Assembly: GCA_050294405.1 (NCBI GenBank)
Contig: JBNKOC010000012.1
Coordinates: 670,202-734,201 of the forward strand
Length of the DNA: 64,000 bases
Source of the DNA: Fibrobacteria bacterium
Lineage (GTDB): Bacteria; Fibrobacterota; Fibrobacteria; UBA11236; JADFYW01
Direction: 5' to 3'
The notes below the pieces were generated by a model. It was not told the DNA's origin and searched no databases. It worked only from the letters and a program-made list of their open reading frames with translations. This document shows, piece by piece, positions 46,601 through 53,800 of this stretch. Position numbers and translations under genes: made by a program. Each line of letters begins with the position of its first letter. The first letter of the stretch is position 1.

Positions 46601-49291
46601 GAAAGCGATTTCCGCCCTCTGTGTTAAATATTGGGTTTCAGGGTTTGGGGTTGCTGCAATCAGATCTAATACCATAGCCAATTTCAAAGTATCTTTTCTA
46701 TCCTGAGCTAATTTGTGAAACATTTCCAATGCGGCTTTATCTTTTGGTTGCCTGGAGATCCAGTTTTCAAGAGGAGAGAAGGCTTTTTCAGGTTTTTTGT
46801 TTAGCAGATATAATTTCGCCAGTTGAAGCTGGTAATCTTTATAAGCCGGGTCGAGGTTAACGATTTGCTCCAGGTTTTCCAGATATTTTTTATTCTGATT
46901 GGTATGAGTGTATATATCTTTTAAGGCATCTCTGGTATTAATATCGTAGGCATTTTCCTTTAGTTTCGCTTCATATAAAGGCTCGGCCTTTGCATATTTT
47001 TCGGCTTTAAAATAGGCTTCACCAGCAAAGGAATTTTCGCTTACTTTGGTTTTATTTTTGGAAGCAAGCATATCAAATGTTTTGGCAGCATCTGCAAATT
47101 TCCCATTTAAAAAATAGCTTGTGGCGAGTTTGTCTATTTCTTCAAGGCTTGGATCTTTTTTAGCCGCTTTTTCAATCAGGTTTAATTCGGATTTGAACTC
47201 TGTGTTTTTATCCAAACTAGCTACATAGGCTTTTACAAACTGGATGTTATCAGGGCTCATTTGAACGGCCTTTTTGTAATTTTCTTTGGCTTGGTCAATC
47301 ATTCCCATTTTTGATTGGCATTGAGCCTGCATGTACCAATAATTATCCTGGTTTTTATATTGTTTATTGATTGCTTCCAATTTTTGCAAAGCAACATCGA
47401 ATAATTTTTCTTCAATATACACTTGGGCAATTTTGTACTTATACTCCGAATTGTTTTTTGGGATTAAACGTTCTAAATTCTCAAGGGCAAATTTATAGCT
47501 GTTTTTATATTTGGCTTTGTCTTGAGTTTTTTCCATTACAAAATGATTTACTGCAATATCATCGGGGTTTTGCAACATTGCTTTTTCGGCCGATGCGATG
47601 GAATTTTCTGCTTTTCCAAATTTATTTTCTAACTGAGCTTGGACAAACCACCACTTATCGCTGGAGGGTTGTAGTTTTCTGAAATCCTCAAGGGCAGCTA
47701 AAAGCGCTTCATCAATTATTTCGTTTTTAATTGAGGAATTGATGTAAATAGGCAACAGGTTATTTCGATTCTCAGATTTTTCTGTTTTATATTGTGACGC
47801 GATTTCAAAAGCCATTTTAAAGTTTTGGGATTGTTCAGCAACTAAAGAGGCATTGTAATTTCCCAAAAGTCTTTTTGGATTTTTGTTGTAAAGCTTCTTG
47901 TAATAGACGTAAGAATTTTTAATGTCGTTTTGGCTAAAATACCCTTCCGCCAATAAAAACCAATTATCCTCAGATTCAATTTTTTTACTTTCCAACTTTT
48001 TTAAATTTTCCATATTCGCATATATTTGTGAAGCATCGGTTATTGTCAATGGAATTATTTTTAAAGCTTCCACATTATCTGGGCTGCTGGCTAAGGCTCT
48101 GGTTGCGTATTCATAGGCTTTTTCTTTGTTTTTTGCATCCAAATAGAGCCCGGCAATTTTTAAATGGATTGCAGTTTGATTAGGAAAGTTATACTCCCAA
48201 CTTTGCAATTTGCTTATGGCACTTTCATTTTTAAAACTGGTTTCAACATAGGCTAAAAGTTCAGTTTGGAGCATTTCGTTTTTTGGCTTTTCCATCACCT
48301 GGGAAAGCATTAACTCAGCCGCCTTATCTTTGATTCCTTCTTCTCTATACAACTGGGCAAGCTGATTGGGAAGGTGTTTGTCTCCAATATTTTGTTTATA
48401 GGCTTCTTCCATTAATGCAATTGCTTTTTTCTTATTACCTTGGGATAGCCATACATTAGACACTTTCTTGCAAAATTCCCAGTCATGTTTATAGTGGGGA
48501 GTAACTTCATCGTAAAATTCCAGCGCTCTTTTAATTTGATTTTTTCCCTCTAAAATTTGAGCTATTTCCAGTTTCACTTCATTGTCATCTGGTTTTAATT
48601 TCAAATACTTTTCCCGTTGCATCAAAGCCATGGGATGGTTGTTCTCATAAAGTCGGGCGAGCTCTAAGTAATATTTTGATTCATTGGGATTATGGGTGAT
48701 TGCCATATGCAGTTTAGGCAGCAGCTTATCCTTGTTAAGCGGCTCTTTGTAATACTGAATTAAGAATTCCAGAGCTTTTGGAGACTTTGGATATTTAATT
48801 AAAAAATATTCGTATTCCTTAGCCGCACTTTCCTTTTTACCATTTTGAACAAGTATTTCACAATAGTTATTCCAATGTTCCTGGGAGATGGTTATTTTAG
48901 GGATGTTGGCAAAGTGCTTTTCAGCATTTCCCAGATCATTTAATTCCAGATAAGAAAGAGCCAGGGCTTTGTTTCCCATTAAAGGCATGGGTTTTAAGTC
49001 TTTTAAAATGCCAACGGCGCCTTGGTAGTTTTTTAAGCCATACTCGACTAAACCCAAAGCTTCCTGATAACGCCCATTATTAGGCTCTTCTTTTATTTTA
49101 AATTCCAATTCAGTTTTTAGTGAAGGTAAATTTGATTTCTCAAAATCCATCTTCATCACAGAACTTAATTCTTCATAAAAAGCTTTTGAAGGCATCCGGC
49201 CTTCTTGTGAGTCCATGGCCCAAAGGCTAACAGGAGCAAAGGCAAGGCTTGCTGCTAATATATAAATGGACAAATGGGTTAACTTTTTCAT
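40661..49291 (-). CDS. Giant exported tetratricopeptide-repeat protein (2876 aa)
   Basis: GGAG RBS; signal peptide; continuous TPR-like helical repeats; no catalytic domain recognised. Confidence 0.9.
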   Translation of the reverse strand: MKKLTHLSIYILAASLAFAPVSLWAMDSQEGRMPSKAFYEELSSVMKMDFEKSNLPSLKTELEFKIKEEPNNGRYQEALGLVEYGLKNYQGAVGILKDLKPMPLMGNKALALSYLELNDLGNAEKHFANIPKITISQEHWNNYCEILVQNGKKESAAKEYEYFLIKYPKSPKALEFLIQYYKEPLNKDKLLPKLHMAITHNPNESKYYLELARLYENNHPMALMQREKYLKLKPDDNEVKLEIAQILEGKNQIKRALEFYDEVTPHYKHDWEFCKKVSNVWLSQGNKKKAIALMEEAYKQNIGDKHLPNQLAQLYREEGIKDKAAELMLSQVMEKPKNEMLQTELLAYVETSFKNESAISKLQSWEYNFPNQTAIHLKIAGLYLDAKNKEKAYEYATRALASSPDNVEALKIIPLTITDASQIYANMENLKKLESKKIESEDNWFLLAEGYFSQNDIKNSYVYYKKLYNKNPKRLLGNYNASLVAEQSQNFKMAFEIASQYKTEKSENRNNLLPIYINSSIKNEIIDEALLAALEDFRKLQPSSDKWWFVQAQLENKFGKAENSIASAEKAMLQNPDDIAVNHFVMEKTQDKAKYKNSYKFALENLERLIPKNNSEYKYKIAQVYIEEKLFDVALQKLEAINKQYKNQDNYWYMQAQCQSKMGMIDQAKENYKKAVQMSPDNIQFVKAYVASLDKNTEFKSELNLIEKAAKKDPSLEEIDKLATSYFLNGKFADAAKTFDMLASKNKTKVSENSFAGEAYFKAEKYAKAEPLYEAKLKENAYDINTRDALKDIYTHTNQNKKYLENLEQIVNLDPAYKDYQLQLAKLYLLNKKPEKAFSPLENWISRQPKDKAALEMFHKLAQDRKDTLKLAMVLDLIAATPNPETQYLTQRAEIAFNQNRDITYLTQCVKAFPEYNNGKEILIKYYSENQQYKELSEFENYMVKNQNRIEYLTALTNMYVVLNNKSKASEYYYLLYNTNPKNKDVFASAIQQQKDSKSDYLVKTLELGYKSFPSDLNVKFQYAEALGENDKAIGIYKEILKADPNHLEAAKNGLKVSSNLKQDKNQEHFLLANLKIVPSDAKTLRSLVDVYIKLDKKATATKYFEMLLQYSSLTPESGIELAEIYQQVPDVQKALSTYDRVLQIDPTNEKVQKASVELLEGLKDTKQLKAGLIKLQNYDPSLHEYQYQISKLSLEEKKKGEAFQYLSKALATQPKNYKYIRLLPSVISEPDQALQYFEPLRALAREKSVEAETWMHLGSAYYLKGNLENSGEMYAKAYEANNDILLGSKMALQALYHIKDYAKSVKLASAYIKGNKEKDIEVLSIYASSLDATKADSKVLREAIYNLVESNPAENSWWFKLAGLDLEFKDSSKAIVHGKKWLEFNTEDKQAMLFLKPLLETKSSEKETLAFVLGKLIVLDAKNANQYHFQLGKMAFKDKNYFGSIEHFETAKKDYSNNSSFNYMLGTSYHKSNNPVEAKKYLAESYKLDSGNKKYATAYAEYLIEDKELKNNLSLFELLTKNKPNTVQRIQYAKALYLNGKASESAKQWDVIQKEDPKYAESTIMAANAYLESQRYPEAWNQYKKWVEKDPFNQKHLEIFYDLSLKNKKAQEAHKSLEQLVNLNPDLKDYQWQLASSFVEKKDNKNAKYHFEQYIARTKNQDAILEFYALNKSTKDTARIMQSLDLLVATKAPEQKHILEHAELNFYVQNNIDYLEKAVKKYPEYNEGKRILVGEYYKRGNYEPLADFTKYMDENKKSEPSFYKALAEAYKVKNIKELAIENYFMAFKTEPKSAELYAKTIQYCNETKCGIKLDILNAGHTSFPENFEIALAAAMETKEPKAALKLYEDALKLNNGSFEARTGAAKNAFKLKDYKTATPHLEQWVKVQPEFEAWEMLATSYNKTKQDEKYADAVAQIAALKPDVFNWSFEAGMAFKKINKEDKSFDFFMNAVALNPKNPEAQKELGLLMAKRKQWPEAIKALKFAKSKLDFNEELSYSLYKSYQENGEKKNAYEEILLLNKTYPDNLRYASYAAEYELENKNHGQVAQILNHNSLKGKLDSKASFMLLNSLVELNNTSEAGVVVKYINLKFAEEASNSFSMAKFYYQQKNLDKAKEIFDRLHGKSPTVESFYYLGNIAYLQQNYEVASKYLPQAVEFDKEVMNLAAESFEKTNKNGDAIIAYETYYQDSKKLKTLEKLFVLYQNAKDQSGTIRTLERILEADPKNDDYRVELANIYIGLQENKKMEAQFKIILKRNPFHPKANLIMGKIHAKQGNHKTSIKMLKIALKTYSKDWEAYYLLGESYDASKNDKMAYKNYEKAAALNPKHMGSALQYLHYVKKLGYKNLLTKAYEEVAKLDSHNFEAAKYLAELKFKERKYNEASIYYSVVLEKESQKFQNWSNYAMALEAINKPQEAKRAYMQAIQLGEKNNLVLIRLTGLQISDKDYPEAESILSSIIQSDKKFHKAYYQKAKIARLNNQHEMAESMINQAISLKPGYPDYMQELGQIKYDQGKYFEAVEAMAKATGPYNLDGKKLFAKANEKAEFSDAAIKTYKEIFKEEPLEETMVTLTDLIIKTKNSEEVFSIVEKSPFKDNYSGKVQLAKAHAKNGEYEKAINILEEFEDDKDRLAQTHFELGNIYSQEGDYKKAIKEFNKAQKARSNYMEATFETGMAWIYLKKWEKAEEEFKALSASNDARWKAKAHFGNAKIKEHQKDYAGMVEELKKSMEVVFNWESMYLLTQGYIYMKDIPSAETLIGEVHNINKDHPITIAAKAELLLSKNRKNDAFRLLQRGLENHPRSCDLVLQLAKVNWRMGNFKNVSSSSKFALSVCPDKPEPYLLLGYVAHKEYNSKEAKKQFKLYEQRGGNLALLPEEFR

Positions 49292-49410
49292 GATAAAACT
49301 CCAAAGCAGATTAATGTTGTTGGTGGTTGATGTTTGGCCCAGTGGATGCGACTTTGCGCTTTGAGCCTTATGGAAGAATTCCCGTAAGGAATTGCGAGAA
49401 TGTTATAAAA

Positions 49411-49439
49411 ATTGTATCAGCTCTATTGGAGCAATTCAA
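49411..49439 (-). promoter_or_regulatory. Sigma70-type promoter for the TPR gene
   Basis: Minus strand TTGAAT-N17-TACAAT, about 120 bp upstream of the ATG. Confidence 0.5.
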
Positions 49440-49550
49440 GAAAAAAGCAAAAATAAAAAAAGAAAAAATGTCAAAAAAAGCGGCTAACCATCAAACATTT
49501 AGGTATTTGAGTGTGGCTTTTTTAGCATTTTGAGAATGAAAAAAGCCAGT

Positions 49551-50594
49551 CTATGGGGCAGGGTTGGGTATCTGAGTGTGGACTTTTTCTATCCCCTCAA
49601 TAATTTCTTCATTTAAAGTGATATTAATACTTTCAATATTCGTTTTAAGTTGCTCCATATTGGAGGCTCCAATTATGTTGCTGCTTACGAATGGCCGGGA
49701 ATTCACATAAGCCAGGGCCATTTGAGCGGGGTCTAAATTATAGCGACTTGCCAGTTGGACATATTTGTTAGTGGCGGAGGTGGATTCGCTGGAGGAATAG
49801 CGCTTGAAATGACCTGAATTAATATCGAGCCTGGATCCTTTAGGTTTTTGCCCCTTCAAATACTTTCCGCTTAGAACACCGAAGCCAAGTGGGGAGTAAG
49901 CTAAAAGGCCAATGTGTTCTCTAAGGCTGATTTCAGCGTTTCCTATTTCATAGGTCCTGTTTAAAAGGCTGTATGGATTTTGCAGGGAAATGGGTCTTTG
50001 CATACCCAGTTCATCAGCTTTTCGCAGACAATTCATAAAACCCCAAGGGGTTTCGTTGGATAAACCATAATACCTTATTTTACCTGATTGGATACATTTT
50101 TGGAGGGCTTTTAAACTTTCTTCAATGAGAATTTCATTTGGATCAGGTTTATGTTTGTATCCCAATTGGCCAAAAAAGTTGGTTTTACGGTTGGGCCAGT
50201 GTAATTGGTATAAATCAATGTAATCCGTTTGCAATCTATTTAAGCTGGCCTCTAAAGCCTCAGTTATGTTTTTCTCATCAAATACAGACTCTCCATTGCG
50301 AATCCAATGTAAATGGGAGCCTGGCCCTGCAATTTTGCTGGCTAATATAACATCCTTGCGTTTGCCGGATTGTTTGAACCACTGGCCAATGCAGCTTTCT
50401 GTTTTAGAATAAGTTTCGGCTTTAGGAGGTACGGGATATAACTCAGCAGTATCAAAAAAATTCACACCACATTCCAGAGCGTAATCCATTTGAGCAAAAC
50501 CTTCTTCAAAGCTGTTCTGATCTCCCCAGTTCATGGTCCCCAAACAGATTTTGCTTACCTTTAAATCACTGTGAGCCAACTTGTTGTATTCCAT
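49551..50594 (-). CDS. tas: NADP(H)-dependent aldo-keto reductase (Tas-like)
   Basis: ICLGTM, DTAELYPVPP, DLYQLHWP, GLSNETPWG, QNPYSLLNR, AYSPLGFGVLSGKY. Confidence 0.92.
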   Translation of the reverse strand: MEYNKLAHSDLKVSKICLGTMNWGDQNSFEEGFAQMDYALECGVNFFDTAELYPVPPKAETYSKTESCIGQWFKQSGKRKDVILASKIAGPGSHLHWIRNGESVFDEKNITEALEASLNRLQTDYIDLYQLHWPNRKTNFFGQLGYKHKPDPNEILIEESLKALQKCIQSGKIRYYGLSNETPWGFMNCLRKADELGMQRPISLQNPYSLLNRTYEIGNAEISLREHIGLLAYSPLGFGVLSGKYLKGQKPKGSRLDINSGHFKRYSSSESTSATNKYVQLASRYNLDPAQMALAYVNSRPFVSSNIIGASNMEQLKTNIESINITLNEEIIEGIEKVHTQIPNPAP

Positions 50595-50633
50595 GAGTAT
50601 GTTCCTTTTGGTTTTAGAGAAATTGAATTTCCA

Positions 50634-50797
50634 AGGAGTCTGCCGGATTTAACATTTGCGCTGCATCTGGTTTCAAAATCACGGCTCGGCGTTGCTCTTT
50701 TTCGACGTAACTTACCTGATTACGTCGGCAAAACGCGCCTTGATCCGCAATTTTTCCCTCAGCCTCGCTATACAAAGCTTAAATCCGGCAGACTCCT
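50634..50797. repeat. MITE-like palindromic element B (164 bp)
   Basis: Perfect 19-bp terminal inverted repeat AGGAGTCTGCCGGATTTAA / TTAAATCCGGCAGACTCCT; central hairpin CGACGTAA-N9-TTACGTCG. Confidence 0.8.
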
Positions 50798-50837
50798 GTA
50801 GGAATATAAAAAACAAGAAAAATCCCTCAAGGCGGAT

Positions 50838-53800
50838 TTAAGGACTCCATTCCACTATGAAACCCAAGTTACGGCTCAAGGGGACTTTTTGTAGATCCCC
50901 TCTGTTGTATATATCTCCAAATGCCCAGGCCCTGTGGCTATCCAGCTCATTATCCTCTGATTCCAAAATCCATTTTGGGCCAATGTCTCTCGTTATGCTC
51001 AAAATAAATTTTTGTTCTTCTTTATTTGCCGGGTTAGCAAGTTCTCCTCCTAATAATTGTGCATAGAGTTTGGCCTTTTCCAGGCTAAATTTTTGTGGGA
51101 AATGAACATAGGATTTGCCTCTAAATTTAGAGCTGTAGGATAAAGCCGTTTCTTTGCTGGCGGATTTTAAAATAAACGCTGTTTTTGCATAATGAAGGTT
51201 ATAATCAGAAACCTCCTGTTCCTGCCAATTGTGTACTATACTCCACAGTTTTTCGGCACTAAGATTGTCGTTAAAAAATTGAGTAGTATCAGGTGGCGAT
51301 TGCATAATCCAACCTAAATTACTGTGATAGTTGCCCTCTATGTTTAAATAGGACAGCTCCATTGTCTTTAGAGCGCTAAAATCGCGAATTTGATTTTGGG
51401 CAATAGATAATCTTTTCAACTTTAAACCGGAAATTCCTGAAAGTGTGGATATTTGGGAGGAATCCGCTTTTAAATCTTTTAAATAAGGGGAATCGAGTTT
51501 TAAGCTGTCTCCAAAATTCTGATTGGAAATGTTTAATTTGTAAACTTTCATACTGTTTAAAATGTCAATGGGCAGATGAATAACATTAGACAAATGAGCT
51601 TCAAACAGGCTTAAATTTTTAAGAGAAGAAATCTCTTTTAGCGGATTGTCGCTTAAATTCAGATATTTCAAATTTGTATTGTTTAACTTTGGGACCCTTT
51701 CTATGGAATTGGATTTTAAGTTCAAATAAATCAAGGGAATTTTTCTCAGTGCGTTTATGTTTTCAATTTGATTTTGCTCCACACTCAGTATTCTAAGTTG
51801 CTGATTTGCGATAGGACTAATATCAAAGATCGTATTTTTATCTGCAATTAAGGAATACAATGGGCTGTTTTGAAGGGATGTCAAGTCGGATATCTTGTTA
51901 TTAGCTAAATTAAGCCTTCGCAATGGCATTTTGTTTAAAGTCGAGATGTCTGCCATTTGGTTGTCTTCCAAATTTAGGTTTTCCAGTAACATCCCCTTTA
52001 GCATTGTAATATCGTGGATTTTATTATGGGATATATCCAGGTATTGCAAAAACTTTCCTTTTAACGGGGATATGTCCATTATGTAATTTTCAGATACATC
52101 CAACCAATTCAGAGGCAGGTTTGAAAGAGGTGAAAGAGATTGGATCTGGTTGTCTTTCCATTGGATTTTCTGCAAATCCCATTGGCTAAGAGCATTAAAA
52201 TTCAAGTCCGGGGAGCTCTCCATGGCAACTCCGGTAAAATTCACGTTCTTTTTTGCATAATGCATAACCGCATTGAATATTTCCGGAGGCAAAGCGTTTA
52301 AATCAATTCGTGCCAGAACCTGTGCGTTGGGATAAAAGACAAATGCACTATCTAAATAAAGAATGGCCTTCTTATAGTTTTTTTGTTGGAATTCTTTTTC
52401 CGACAATAAATCATATATTCTTCCCAGGTAAGGCGAATTTGGCGTTTTTTGTTTCATCCAATCCATTAAATTTTGGCAAGTGAACCCATGTTGGTCTCCG
52501 TTTTCATAAAGAATTTGATAGGCCTTAAAAATTGCAGCTTCGGCTTTATCTTTTTGTTTTAAATCTTTGGATAAATTGACAAGCTCCTTAACGGCTTGCA
52601 AATAATTTTGACTTTTTACTAATCCATCCGCTAAAACCATTGGAGATGTGCTTACCGGTAAGGATTTTCGGTAGATTTCCATGCTATGCAACACAAGGTT
52701 TTCTGATTTAGTGAAAAATCCAATTTGTTGAGGAATTGGGTGGTGGGAGTTGGCGGGAGCTTCAAGCCTTAACAAAGTTTCCCCATTCCTCACATATGTG
52801 TAGCTGTTATTTTCTTTTATTATTTCAACGGTTATGGGAACACCCGTCTTTATTCTGCTTGGGGCGGATAATAATATATTTGGATGTGATTTATCTGGCC
52901 AGGTTTTTGTCAGCACATCCAGGGAACCCTCAAAGGAACCGTGAATTACTGAGAAACCTTGGGGAGATGAATTTTGCTTTGGCAATGGAGCATTTAAAGA
53001 GTTGATTTGAATTTTTAGTAAATCAGCCTGTCCATAGTAGCTAAAACGAATTACTATTTTGCCATCTCTATTAACTCCCATCTTTTCTGAATTTTTATAC
53101 CAGCTCCATTGGTTAGATTTCAGTAACATACCACTGGATATGATTGGAAATGCTGCAACAGGCTCTGAGTTTAAAGAATTATTAAACTCAAATATTTGAT
53201 CAATTTTTTGGTTGTCTGCAAAAACAATTCTCTCCGAAAGCACCCAACTGCCCAATTGCTCCAGCCTTGATTTATAGGTCTGGTAAACTCCTGTTAAGGC
53301 CAGACATAATACCATGCAGACTAAACTAAATTCCATTTTATGCCGGCTAATGAATTTTCTGCCGTGGTAGAATAGGGATGGCCGCTTTGCAATTACGGGT
53401 TTGTTTGCCTGGAAATTTCTAAGATCTAAAATTAGCTCCTCAGCTGTATTGTATCGCTCTGAGGGGTTGCTCCTTAGGCATTTTAATACTATGGCTTCCA
53501 GGTCACTATTGATTTTTTTGTTGTAAAACTTGGGCTTTTTAACGTTGTGGGTTTGTAAATTTTTAATATCCTGCACAATGTTTTTGGTAGATACATAGTG
53601 TTTGTTTCCTGTTAACATTTGGTACAATACAGCGCCAATGGCAAAAATATCCGCTTTTTGATTGTCGATGACGTTCGCATCGGCCTGTTCAGGAGCCATG
53701 TATTCAATGGTTCCAAAAATTTGCCCACGTTCAGAAATTGTTTGATTGGAGAGCGAACTGTCTAATTTGGCGACTCCAAAGTCCATTAAAATAGGGTTGG

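Noticed and set aside
49327..49533. 68-aa plus-strand ORF upstream of the TPR gene
   Set aside because: Low-complexity A-rich sequence that overlaps the predicted TPR promoter and the region downstream of tas.
50571..50841. Two short plus-strand ORFs (76 and 61 aa)
   Set aside because: Both are read through palindromic element B and show no protein-like features.
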